This document shows, one piece after another, positions 20,444-29,628 of a stretch of 64,000 bases of DNA. Source of the DNA: Deferribacterales bacterium (lineage in GTDB: Bacteria; Chrysiogenota; Deferribacteres; Deferribacterales; Geovibrionaceae); the NCBI GenBank assembly GCA_050251875.1, contig JBFWMA010000008.1, positions 57,909 through 121,908 on the forward strand, read 5' to 3'. The translations under genes were made by a program, and so were the position numbers. The notes under the pieces are model-generated. The model made no database searches and was not told the DNA's origin. It saw only the letters and a list, made by a program, of their open reading frames with translations. How positions within the stretch are numbered: position 1 is the first letter of the stretch; each line of letters starts with the position of its first letter.

Positions 20444-21070
20444 ATGCTTGAGCTCGATCAGATAATCCTGTTCGCTTCCACATCGCTGCTTCTGGCGGCG
20501 GCTCCCGGTCCAGACATCATCTATGTCATCACCCGTGGGCTGACGCAGGGCAGAAACGCCGGACTGGCGGCGGCGGCTGGATTCTCTCTGGGCAATATAG
20601 CGCACACCACATTCGCCATAGTGGGGCTGTCCGCCGTCATCAGAGCCAGCGCCATAGCCTTCACCGTGATAAAGATAGCCGGAGCGCTGTATCTGATATA
20701 CATAGGCTTCAGGATATTCTCCAGCAAATCCGCAAGCAATGCGGAGAAGGATGATAAGCTCCTGTCGGCTAAAGCTATATTCATCCAGAGCGTCACAGCG
20801 AACATACTCAATCCGAAAGTGGCGATATTTTTTATCGCCTTTTTTCCTCAGTTCATAAAACCACAGAACGGACATCCTGCAATACAGATGGCTCTTCTGG
20901 GGCTGGTTTTTATCGTGTGCACCTTCATAGTCTTTTCCGTGTGCGCCCTTTTCAGCGGACAGATAGGCGAAGGGCTTAAAAAAAGCAAGGGCGCCGGTCT
21001 GCTCAATAAGCTTGCCGGAGCCGTGCTGATGGGGCTCGGCGTACTGCTCGCCGTGTCGAAAAGAGCATGA
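20444..21070 (+). CDS. LysE/RhtB-family amino acid exporter
   Basis: PGPD, GALYLIYIG, NILNPKVAIFFIAFFPQF. Confidence 0.9.
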   Translation: MLELDQIILFASTSLLLAAAPGPDIIYVITRGLTQGRNAGLAAAAGFSLGNIAHTTFAIVGLSAVIRASAIAFTVIKIAGALYLIYIGFRIFSSKSASNAEKDDKLLSAKAIFIQSVTANILNPKVAIFFIAFFPQFIKPQNGHPAIQMALLGLVFIVCTFIVFSVCALFSGQIGEGLKKSKGAGLLNKLAGAVLMGLGVLLAVSKRA

Positions 21071-21864
21071 CAGACCTGATATCCACCGAAACCGGAGAGA
21101 AAGGCGCCAGAGTCGTCACCGGGATATTCGGCAGACACAGCTTTCCCATGCACAGCCACACTGATTTTGCCCTGTGCGTGGTGGAGAACGGGCTTCAGGG
21201 ATTCACATCCAGAACATCCAAAGCCGTTCTGCACAAAGGTTGCTTCGCCAGCGTAAACCCGGGCGATCTCCATAACGGATACAACGCCGGAACGGACGGG
21301 TGGCGTCAGCATGTTCTGTTCTTCACCAATGAAAACACAGCTAAATTCATCTCTGAAAATAATATTAAAAAATATGACTTCGCATTCAGCAGAAATACTT
21401 CTGACAACACGGTAATTGCTGAAATAATCACTGAAAAAATATCCTCTGTATCCTCATCGGAAAACCTGCTGAAAAAGCAGTGTCTGTTCGAGGAGATAAT
21501 GGCTCTCCTGCATTACAGAGAGAAAATATTCAGCCCTTCCAAAGCCGTTAAGACAGGATCAGTAAGACGTTCCGTTGAAAAGATGTCGGACGCTCCGGAA
21601 GAGAGGCACTCTCTGGACGATCTGGCAAAACTCTCCGGCATGAGCAGGTTTCATTTTCTGCGCAGTTTCAGACAGTCCACAGGACTGACACCCCACGCCT
21701 ATCTGACCCAGCTCAGGCTGGACAAGGCGTTCAGGCTTCTGATCTCCACAGATATGCCGCTGTCCCGCATAGCCGCGGAGTGCGGATACTGCGACCAGCC
21801 CCACTTTGTGCGCAGTTTTAAAAAGCTGTGGGGAACAACACCCGGAAGCATCAAAAGAAAATAG
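21067..21864 (+). CDS. AraC-family regulator with cupin sensor domain
   Basis: FPMHSH, NPGDLH, SRFHFLRSF..TGLTPHAY, GYCDQPHFVRSFK. Confidence 0.92.
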   Translation: MTDLISTETGEKGARVVTGIFGRHSFPMHSHTDFALCVVENGLQGFTSRTSKAVLHKGCFASVNPGDLHNGYNAGTDGWRQHVLFFTNENTAKFISENNIKKYDFAFSRNTSDNTVIAEIITEKISSVSSSENLLKKQCLFEEIMALLHYREKIFSPSKAVKTGSVRRSVEKMSDAPEERHSLDDLAKLSGMSRFHFLRSFRQSTGLTPHAYLTQLRLDKAFRLLISTDMPLSRIAAECGYCDQPHFVRSFKKLWGTTPGSIKRK

Positions 21865-21903
21865 CAATTTTTTTCAATACCTCCCCGCTTTTTCAGATAT
21901 AAT
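21863..21903 (+). promoter_or_regulatory. Putative AraC site (AGCAATTTTTTTCAATAC) plus -10 TATAAT of azlC
   Basis: Resembles a motif I recall after araC genes in araC-azlC/lysE loci; TATAAT at 21898-21903. Confidence 0.45.
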
Positions 21904-21910
21904 AACCGGC

Positions 21911-22591
21911 ATGAGCACAAATATTCAGGCATTCAAACGTGGATTTATAGACGGTTTTCCCATCGCGCTGGGCGTATCCGCCTACGGCGCTGTTTACGGC
22001 ATGCTCACCAGAGGCGTTCTGACGGACGCCGAGACAGCAATGTCCTGTCTGGTGGTTTTTGCCGGAGTATCGCAGATCATGGCGGTCAGCATGTGGCTGC
22101 ATCCCCTGCCCATATTCGCCATCGTCCTCTCCACGTTCATCGTAAACATCCGCCACGTCCTCATGGGCGCTTCGATATATCCCTATGCCGAGAAGGAGAA
22201 GAGATGGGTCAGCTATCTTTCTCTGTTTTTCATGACGGACGAAAGCTGGGCCGTGAGCATGGGCAGAATGGGCAAAACATCCGAACGGGTGGGATATCTC
22301 GCCGGGTCCGGTGTGGTGCTCTACATCCTGTGGTTCACCGCCAGCATGCTGGGCAGGCAGATCGGCGGATATATTCCGTCTCCGGAGAAACTGGGCATAG
22401 ATTTCGCCCTGACGGCTGTCTTTCTGACTATGGCAGTGTCCGGCGTCAGAGGACGCAAGGATATCCCCGTGATAATCACAGCGGTGATAGTCGCATGGCT
22501 GTTCGAGCATTATGTCGGCGGAAAATGGTATATTCTGGCGGGCGGTTTAGCCGGCGGATTTACGGCGTGGGTGACATATGGACAGGATTAG
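21911..22591 (+). CDS. azlC: AzlC-family branched-chain amino acid exporter, large subunit
   Basis: VFAGVSQ, VNIRHVLMG, MTDESWA, GIDFAL. Confidence 0.9.
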   Translation: MSTNIQAFKRGFIDGFPIALGVSAYGAVYGMLTRGVLTDAETAMSCLVVFAGVSQIMAVSMWLHPLPIFAIVLSTFIVNIRHVLMGASIYPYAEKEKRWVSYLSLFFMTDESWAVSMGRMGKTSERVGYLAGSGVVLYILWFTASMLGRQIGGYIPSPEKLGIDFALTAVFLTMAVSGVRGRKDIPVIITAVIVAWLFEHYVGGKWYILAGGLAGGFTAWVTYGQD

Positions 22592-22874
22592 TTTTATCAC
22601 CATCCTTCTGATGGGACTCGCTACATACGCCACAAGATTTACGGGGTTTTATATTGCGGGGCGGATAAACATGACGCCCAGATTCCGCTACGCCCTCACC
22701 AGCATCCCCATAGCCATCCTGACATCTATCTCCGCGCCGATGGTGATAAACGGCACTATGGCGGAGAAAATATCAGCAGGAGCGGTCATTCTGGCGGCGG
22801 CGACAGGCAGAGGACTCCTCTTCTGCATGGCGGTCGGCATCATAGCCGTTAACCTGTTCAGATATCTGATCTAG
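22578..22874 (+). CDS. azlD: AzlD-family exporter small subunit
   Basis: ILLMGLATYATR, hydrophobic 98 aa, overlaps azlC stop. Confidence 0.85.
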   Translation: MDRISFITILLMGLATYATRFTGFYIAGRINMTPRFRYALTSIPIAILTSISAPMVINGTMAEKISAGAVILAAATGRGLLFCMAVGIIAVNLFRYLI

Positions 22875-23692
22875 AAAGGAACGGATTCCAGCATTGAGCC
22901 AAGTTTTCCAACGGCTTTCTTAACCTTCGGCTCAGCCATCAGCTCTCTCTTGTCTTTCAGAATCTCAGTAAGGTCTTTTCCCAGCGTCTGACCGATGCCG
23001 GCTGAAATCTCTTTTATATTCTCCGGCAGAAGTTTCTGCGCCATCAGAATACGCATGGGCTCTGACAGCTCCTTCATCCTCGGAATCATCTTATTGACAG
23101 CGTTCACGAAACCGTCAACGGCGGTGACGAACTTTCTGGATGTGTCGGCTTTTTCCACGGCGGCGGCGAAACGCTTAGCCAGAGAATCAAAATCTGTCAT
23201 GATCGTCTCTATCTCGCCGATAACGGATGTGTCAGCTTCGGCTGTCTCCAGATGCAGTTTCTCTGCCATGGAGTTCATGGCGGAGGCGAACGTGTGGGAC
23301 ACTTCGTTCAGCGCCTTGTCGTCCTCCATCTGCCCGCCGAAAAGCGGATTGGCGTTCAGCACGCCGTCCAGATTCATCTGAGCCGCTCTGAAATCCTCAT
23401 CGCCCATGTAGGGCGCCATCTTCGGATACATCTCGACCGAACGTATGCCGAAACACGCTCCGGCGGTCATGCTGGCGTGTTTTACCTCGTCAGAAGCCTG
23501 ACCTGTCACCATCAGGGTGTTGAACTCATCGCAGATGGACTCCAGATCCGGATACTGTTTTTTGATACTGTCGGCGCAGGTGTTCATTGCGCTGATATAT
23601 CCCGCCTTAGAATCGGCTTTTTTCAGATCGTCTATATATTTCTCAGCTATTTCCTGATGTTCTTTCATTACTTTGGTTGTCTTATCACTCAT
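22871..23692 (-). CDS. Hypothetical all-helical protein with a two-fold internal repeat
   Basis: 273 aa ORF with SD, co-oriented just after the cox operon; no family recognised. Confidence 0.75.
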   Translation of the reverse strand: MSDKTTKVMKEHQEIAEKYIDDLKKADSKAGYISAMNTCADSIKKQYPDLESICDEFNTLMVTGQASDEVKHASMTAGACFGIRSVEMYPKMAPYMGDEDFRAAQMNLDGVLNANPLFGGQMEDDKALNEVSHTFASAMNSMAEKLHLETAEADTSVIGEIETIMTDFDSLAKRFAAAVEKADTSRKFVTAVDGFVNAVNKMIPRMKELSEPMRILMAQKLLPENIKEISAGIGQTLGKDLTEILKDKRELMAEPKVKKAVGKLGSMLESVPF

Positions 23693-23748
23693 AACGCACC
23701 CCTGTTTGTAAAGACGGCTATGATAACCTTAAATATGCCCGAGGGCAA

Positions 23749-24588
23749 CTACTTACTGATAACGGAATCGGTGAGGATGAGGATGAAGAACATCACGGCG
23801 GAAAGATTGATATAGTGAAAGCGCATTTTGTGATATCTGAACGACAGGAGCATGGACAGCCCGAAGAAGACCGTCATGGCTATGTGGAGCATGGGAACTG
23901 TGCTGGTCTTATAAAATCCGGCGGCGGGGATATAGAGCAGAGCGCAGATGTACGCCATCGTCCATACGTTTACGAATATCCGGCTCTTCTGCTGTCCGTA
24001 TATTCCGGAGATAGTCATGAAACCGGCTCTGGCGTACTCATCGGCGTATTTCTCCGCCAATATGGCGAAATGAGGCGTCTGCCACAGATAGAGCACCGCT
24101 GTCACCATAAGGATACTGATATCCGTCATATTTCCGCCCACGCATGTGTAGCCTATGGCGGGGGGCAGCGCTCCGATGACAGAACCTGCCATCAGGGCGA
24201 AGGGAGTCTTCTTCTTAATGGGAGTATAGACGAAATTATATCCTATGATAGTGATAATATTCAGAAAAAACGCCTGAAGACTGCCCGCCAGAAAGATGAA
24301 GCACCAGCTGAGCCCGATCATTATTATCGAAAGGTTAAAAACCTCGCCGGGAAGCATCTGACCATCCGGAAGAGGTCTTTTCACCGTTCTTTCCATCACG
24401 GCGTCGCTGTCCCTCTCCTGAAGCTGGTTCAGGGCGGAACATCCGAACGACAGAAAGATAGCCGCCATCACACCGTAAAAATGTTTGGAATTGAAATGAT
24501 GGGTATAAAGGCAGGCTCCCGCAAAAGACGAGAGCCCTACCATCAGTGAAATTCTTATTCGTATTAAATCAAAAAAGTGACCTATCAT
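23749..24588 (-). CDS. ctaB: Protoheme IX farnesyltransferase (heme O synthase)
   Basis: ALNQLQERDSDAVMERTVKRPLP, YTPIKK, GALPP, WQTPHF. Confidence 0.92.
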   Translation of the reverse strand: MIGHFFDLIRIRISLMVGLSSFAGACLYTHHFNSKHFYGVMAAIFLSFGCSALNQLQERDSDAVMERTVKRPLPDGQMLPGEVFNLSIIMIGLSWCFIFLAGSLQAFFLNIITIIGYNFVYTPIKKKTPFALMAGSVIGALPPAIGYTCVGGNMTDISILMVTAVLYLWQTPHFAILAEKYADEYARAGFMTISGIYGQQKSRIFVNVWTMAYICALLYIPAAGFYKTSTVPMLHIAMTVFFGLSMLLSFRYHKMRFHYINLSAVMFFILILTDSVISK

Positions 24589-25799
24589 TACTTTAATGTG
24601 CCGAAATACTCTATCAGCGCCTGTATGTCTTTATCGCTCAGAGAGTCATAGGGAGGCATGGACTCATCGTATCCGTCCACGATATATTCCCCGGGATTTC
24701 TGATTGAGCTTATAATATACTGGATATTTGCGGTAAGCTCAACTTTTTTTCCATTATGCAGAGCGGTGACCGGTCTGTCCAGCAGTCCCTTAAAGCTGGG
24801 TCCCACCACTATAGAGCCGTCTGTGGAGTGACAGCCTGTGCATCCCTCGTCATCGGCTATCTTGGCTCCTCTGGCGCCCGGTTTTTCCGCCGTGCCGCCG
24901 TCTTTCAGATATCCGATGATCTTGTCCAGATCGCTCTGAGACATCTCGTCCTTGAACGGAGGCATCATGTCGTCATAGCCCTTCACAATCTGGGTTGAAG
25001 GCTCATATATCGCCTCTTTCAGATAGGCTTCGTCCGCCTTTACGGTTTTTTCCGCTCCGTTTTCCAGAATCACTGTCTCACGGTTATAGATATCCTTCAG
25101 AGAAGGACCAACCAGAACAGAGCCGTCCATGGAGTGACAGTCAGCGCATCCGTATTTCGCCAGAAGAGTTTTGCCCTCCGGCTCCGCCTGAGCGTTCTGG
25201 TCGCTGTTCATCCATTGATCGAACTCGTCCTTAGTCACCACCACAACCTTCGACAGCATATAGGAGTGACGCACGCCGCAGTATTCGGCGCACTGAATAT
25301 CATATTCGGCGGGTTCGCCGCTCATGAACCATGTATATGTCATCATGCCCGGAACGGTATCCATCTTTATCCTGAATGCCGGAACATAAAAGCTGTGGAT
25401 CACATCGGTGGATGTCATGTCCAGCTTGACGGGTGTTTCAGCGGGGACATAGAGTTTGTCGCTGGTTTTTCCGTTGGGATATTCGAATTTCCATGACCAC
25501 ATCCTCGCCGTCACCTTCACATTGTAGCTGTCGGCGGGAGCCTCACGCAGAGCCTTGAACCCTGTCCAGCCGTACCAGAACATAGCGCCCACTATGATTA
25601 TGGGAACCACTGTCCAGATGATCTCCGCGGTCAGGTTGCCGTCTATGTCGGCGGGAACGGGGTTTCTCCTGCTGCTGTAGCGGAACAGAAAATATATCGT
25701 CACCGCCGTTATCAGAAACAATATCACGAACGACACGCCGAATATGAACTGAAAAGCCGTGTCTACCTTGCTTACGGCATCTATAACTGAGTTTTCCAT
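24588..25799 (-). CDS. coxB: Cytochrome c oxidase subunit II with CuA and two fused c-type hemes
   Basis: DVIHSF, CAEYCGVRHSYM (CuA); CADCH and CTGCH in duplicated C-terminal domains. Confidence 0.95.
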   Translation of the reverse strand: MENSVIDAVSKVDTAFQFIFGVSFVILFLITAVTIYFLFRYSSRRNPVPADIDGNLTAEIIWTVVPIIIVGAMFWYGWTGFKALREAPADSYNVKVTARMWSWKFEYPNGKTSDKLYVPAETPVKLDMTSTDVIHSFYVPAFRIKMDTVPGMMTYTWFMSGEPAEYDIQCAEYCGVRHSYMLSKVVVVTKDEFDQWMNSDQNAQAEPEGKTLLAKYGCADCHSMDGSVLVGPSLKDIYNRETVILENGAEKTVKADEAYLKEAIYEPSTQIVKGYDDMMPPFKDEMSQSDLDKIIGYLKDGGTAEKPGARGAKIADDEGCTGCHSTDGSIVVGPSFKGLLDRPVTALHNGKKVELTANIQYIISSIRNPGEYIVDGYDESMPPYDSLSDKDIQALIEYFGTLK

Positions 25800-25800
25800 A

Positions 25801-26100
25801 TCAGCCTCCATGCCTGTACGCCACATCGAAGAATGTCATCCCGATGAATATGGCGAGTATCAGAAAACAGATGAACACTATCATTCTGAAAAATTTGTTC
25901 TCATATTTCATGTGCATGAAATATGTGATAACCAGAAGCGATTTGGTGGTGGCGAGAGTCAGTGCCACAGCCACGTTCATAAATCCGAGATCGATTCTGG
26001 AAACAGCCACCGTCACAGCGGTGAGCATCAGCAGAAGACCCAGAACAGTCCCCGCCGTCTTTATGCTTAATATGTGATGTTCTTGATGATGTCCGCTCAT
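25801..26100 (-). CDS. coxD: Cytochrome c oxidase subunit IV (caa3/CyoD type)
   Basis: LLLMLTAVTV, KSLLVITYFMHMKYE; GGAGG SD before ATG 26100. Confidence 0.88.
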   Translation of the reverse strand: MSGHHQEHHILSIKTAGTVLGLLLMLTAVTVAVSRIDLGFMNVAVALTLATTKSLLVITYFMHMKYENKFFRMIVFICFLILAIFIGMTFFDVAYRHGG

Positions 26101-26110
26101 ATCCGCCTCC

Positions 26111-26710
26111 TCACAAAACCAGATAGAACAGCGGGAAAAGGAATATCCAGATAAGGTCAACCAGGTGCCAGTATAGTCCCGCGTTCTCCAGCTTTACAAA
26201 GTCGTCTTTGTTTATGTTGTCTCTCTTCATCAGCCACACCATCACGCCCATGACTATGGCGCCGATGATGACGTGTATGCCGTGCAGACCCGTCATGACG
26301 AAATACAGACCGAAAAAGATCTGTTCGCCGTGGGGCATCTCCAGCAGATGTTCGGAGTTGGGATATATCCCGTGGTGGAACTTAGCGCTCCACTCTATGG
26401 ATTTATTGATAAGAAATCCGAACGCCATCAGTATTGTGAGCAGGGTATACCTGATGGCGAGCTTCTTCTCGCCCCTCTGGATATATGTGATTCCCAGCGC
26501 CACAAAAAAGCTGGATAACAGCAGAACAACAGTGTTCAGCGTGCCTATGAAAACATCGAGCTGTTTTCCGCCCGTGTGAAAATCCTGCGGATATTTATAA
26601 AGATATGTGCTGTAGAGGACGAACAGACCGCCGAACAGCAGCACTTCCGTGAACAGAAACAGCCACATCCCGAGCTTAGCGCCCGTATAGTCTTTGTGTA
26701 TCTCACTCAT
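26111..26710 (-). CDS. coxC: Cytochrome c oxidase subunit III
   Basis: GMWLFLFTEVLLFGGLF, TGLHGIHV, GLYWHLVDLIWIFLFPLFY. Confidence 0.95.
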   Translation of the reverse strand: MSEIHKDYTGAKLGMWLFLFTEVLLFGGLFVLYSTYLYKYPQDFHTGGKQLDVFIGTLNTVVLLLSSFFVALGITYIQRGEKKLAIRYTLLTILMAFGFLINKSIEWSAKFHHGIYPNSEHLLEMPHGEQIFFGLYFVMTGLHGIHVIIGAIVMGVMVWLMKRDNINKDDFVKLENAGLYWHLVDLIWIFLFPLFYLVL

Positions 26711-28325
26711 CCGGCGTTACCCCCTTGAAATCATAGGGACGTCTGGACGTATCCGGCTCACGGTCAAAATTCAGCAGAGGCGGAGGAGACATAGTCTGCC
26801 ACTCAAGAGATGCGCCGCCCCACGGATTGCGCCCGATCTTCGGTCCTTTTGTATATCCTCTGTAGAGGTTCACGAACATTATGATAAGCCCCAGAGCAAG
26901 AATCCATGATCCGAAAGTGGACAGCATGTGACCTGTCTGATACTGAGGCAGATAGTCGTAATAGCGTCTGGGCATGCCCTGAAGCCCTATAACGAACAGG
27001 GGCATGTAGAGCAGGTTAAACCCGACAAACAGCACGGCAAAGGCGATCTTAGCTATCTTTTTGTTATACATCCTGCCGTACATCTTCGGCAGCCAGTAGT
27101 GCATGGCGGCGAAAAGCCCGAAGCCTGTCCCGCCGAAAATCACATAGTGAAAGTGGCTGACAACGAAGTATGTGTCGTGGACGTGGATATCTGTACCCGC
27201 AGAGCCAAGAATCAGCCCCGTGAGACCTCCCACGGAGAACAGAAAGATGAACCCCAGCGAATAGAGCAGAGGCGGCTCAAGGGTTATGGAGCCTTTATAC
27301 AGGGTTGCTGTCCAGTTAAACACCTTGATGGCGGACGGGATAGCAACCACGAATGTCAGAAGGGAGAAGATAAGAACGGCGGTGTCGCTCATGCCCGATG
27401 TGAACATGTGGTGCGCCCAGACCAGAGAGCCTGCGAAGGCTATCATAAGGCTGGATACCGCTATGGTCTTGTAGCCGAATATATTCTTTCTGGCGAATAC
27501 GGGGATGATGTCGCTCACAACTCCCATCGCCGGAAGTATCATAATATAAACAGCCGGATGGGAATATATCCAGAAAAGATGCTGATAGAGTATGGGGTCG
27601 CCGCCCTTGTTAGGGTCAAAAAGCCCCACGCCCAGAACCCTCTCCACAAATATCAGAAGAACCGTAATCCCCAGAACAGGGGTCGCCAGAACCTGTATCC
27701 ATCCGGTGGCATACAGCGACCAGGCGAACAGCGGCATTTTTGTCCATGTGATGCCGGGCGCACGCAGGCGGTGTATGGTGGTGATGAAGTTGATACCTGT
27801 GAGAATGGACGAAAAACCTAAGATGAAAACGGCTATGACAGCCACAGAGACGTTGGTGGTGGTGAACTCCGAAAATGGAACGTAAAAAGTCCATCCCGTG
27901 TCCGGCGCCCCCTGTCCGGTGAACAGAGAGAACAGCGCCATGACCGTCCCTATGATATACAGCCACCACGACATAAGGTTAAGCCGTGGAAACGAAACGT
28001 CCTCAGCACCCAGCTGTATCGGCAGAATCATATTGCCGAAAGCGGCGGGGATGCTCGGGATAACAACAATAAAAATCATTATAACGCCGTGCAGGGTGAA
28101 GACAGCGTTATAGGTCTGCGCCTCCATAATGGTCTTTCCGGGGGCGATCAGCTCCAGCCTGATGGCAAGCCCCAGACACACGCCGACAACGAACATAGCC
28201 AGAAGCACATACATGTACATCAGCCCTATCCTCTTGTGGTCGGTAGTGAACAGCCAGCTCATGATCCCTGTGCGGGATGAGCCCGAGTCCTCATAGAAGC
28301 TCTTTACAGCATTTGTGTTTTCCAT
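26703..28325 (-). CDS. coxA: Heme-copper oxidase subunit I, A2 subtype
   Basis: TDHKRIG, GWTFY, WIYSHPAVY (YS motif in place of the A1 Glu), WAHH, HDTYFVVSHFH, GMPRRY. Confidence 0.97.
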   Translation of the reverse strand: MENTNAVKSFYEDSGSSRTGIMSWLFTTDHKRIGLMYMYVLLAMFVVGVCLGLAIRLELIAPGKTIMEAQTYNAVFTLHGVIMIFIVVIPSIPAAFGNMILPIQLGAEDVSFPRLNLMSWWLYIIGTVMALFSLFTGQGAPDTGWTFYVPFSEFTTTNVSVAVIAVFILGFSSILTGINFITTIHRLRAPGITWTKMPLFAWSLYATGWIQVLATPVLGITVLLIFVERVLGVGLFDPNKGGDPILYQHLFWIYSHPAVYIMILPAMGVVSDIIPVFARKNIFGYKTIAVSSLMIAFAGSLVWAHHMFTSGMSDTAVLIFSLLTFVVAIPSAIKVFNWTATLYKGSITLEPPLLYSLGFIFLFSVGGLTGLILGSAGTDIHVHDTYFVVSHFHYVIFGGTGFGLFAAMHYWLPKMYGRMYNKKIAKIAFAVLFVGFNLLYMPLFVIGLQGMPRRYYDYLPQYQTGHMLSTFGSWILALGLIIMFVNLYRGYTKGPKIGRNPWGGASLEWQTMSPPPLLNFDREPDTSRRPYDFKGVTPDE

Positions 28326-28339
28326 ATTGACTCCAGAGT

Positions 28340-29230
28340 CTATTTCTTCTTCTTTTTGCCGCCGAAGAACAGAAAAGCGGCGAAAAGAATGATAACGAAC
28401 AATACGACAAAACCGGAAACCCTGACCGTGTTGAAGACATATTTCTTGCCCTGCGGGTCATAGCTGAAACAGTATGCCACCAGCTTTTTCACGGACAGTC
28501 CGGGCGTGCCCTTCTCCGCCTCCACCACGGCCATCGTCATTTCGAAAGACAAAATGTCCGTGCCGTACAGATAGCGCACTATCTTTCCGTCAGGAGTAAC
28601 GGACATGACAGCCACAGGATGGGCAAAGTCTTTGCCCCGTCTCATGAATCTGAAACCCAGAGCGTCCATGAGCCTGTCTATGTTCTCCTTGTCTCCGGTG
28701 AGAAAATACCATCCCTCCGGCGGAATCCTGCCGTCAGCCGCTTTCAGATAATTGGTCTTTTTGGCGGCGGCTATCTGCGGGGTATCATTTTCATCAAAAC
28801 TGACGGAGATCAGATTGAACTGTTTTCCCGCTGTCATCTTCATCTGGGGGACTATATCCGCCAGTCTGGACTGCAAAAAATTGCAGACATTGGGACAGCT
28901 GTAGTAAACAGGGGCGATCAGAGTCGGTTTTGTGATTATCTCTTTCAGAGTGACGGTCTTTCCATCGGAATCGGTGAAAGTAACATCCAGAGGAATATTC
29001 TCCCCCAGATGCTCGGTGACTCCGATATTCGCCTTCTCTTCCGCTGTGGCTTCTTTGTGCACATGCTCCATGGGGGCGTCATCATCCGCCATGTCCTCAT
29101 GATCCATATGTCCGTGATCCATGTGTTCATGGTTCACAGGCTCCTCGGCATATGCGGCGCTGACGCCGGATACACCTGTAAGAGCAAAAGCAACCAGCAG
29201 GAAAAATACAAATTTTGAAAATAAAGTCAT
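28340..29230 (-). CDS. SCO family copper chaperone with His/Met-rich N-terminal extension
   Basis: YYSCPNVC (CX3C), FAHP, HEHMDHGHMDHEDM, C-terminal TM. Confidence 0.9.
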   Translation of the reverse strand: MTLFSKFVFFLLVAFALTGVSGVSAAYAEEPVNHEHMDHGHMDHEDMADDDAPMEHVHKEATAEEKANIGVTEHLGENIPLDVTFTDSDGKTVTLKEIITKPTLIAPVYYSCPNVCNFLQSRLADIVPQMKMTAGKQFNLISVSFDENDTPQIAAAKKTNYLKAADGRIPPEGWYFLTGDKENIDRLMDALGFRFMRRGKDFAHPVAVMSVTPDGKIVRYLYGTDILSFEMTMAVVEAEKGTPGLSVKKLVAYCFSYDPQGKKYVFNTVRVSGFVVLFVIILFAAFLFFGGKKKKK

Positions 29231-29234
29231 AGGC

Positions 29235-29534
29235 TTAAAGTTTTGAGATGTAGTCAGCCAGAGCCTTTATCTCGTCAGGGGAAAGTTTCCCCGCCTGAGA
29301 CGCCATCATGGCTTTCTTCGCACCGCCGTATGTGCCGTCCTTATAGCCGTTTAGCTTTTTAACGATATCTGCGGCGGGCTGGTCTTTGATCACAGGGCTG
29401 ACACCCATAGCCTTCTTGGAGCCGTCAGCGCCGTGACATCCTTTGCACTTGGCATAGAGAGCCGCTCCGTCTGGACCTGCCATGGCGGCTGCGGAGACTG
29501 AGAGAATGGAGATGAGAAATAAAACCTTTTTCAT
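29235..29534 (-). CDS. Monoheme cytochrome c553
   Basis: Signal peptide, CKGCHGADG, YGGAKKAMM (axial Met). Confidence 0.93.
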   Translation of the reverse strand: MKKVLFLISILSVSAAAMAGPDGAALYAKCKGCHGADGSKKAMGVSPVIKDQPAADIVKKLNGYKDGTYGGAKKAMMASQAGKLSPDEIKALADYISKL

Positions 29535-29628
29535 ATAAAATACCTCTCTGCGCTATTGTATATAATATTTTATTCGGCATTTCTGCCGCCGTCAAATAAA
29601 CATTTGATAAAATTTTTACCCGAAACGT

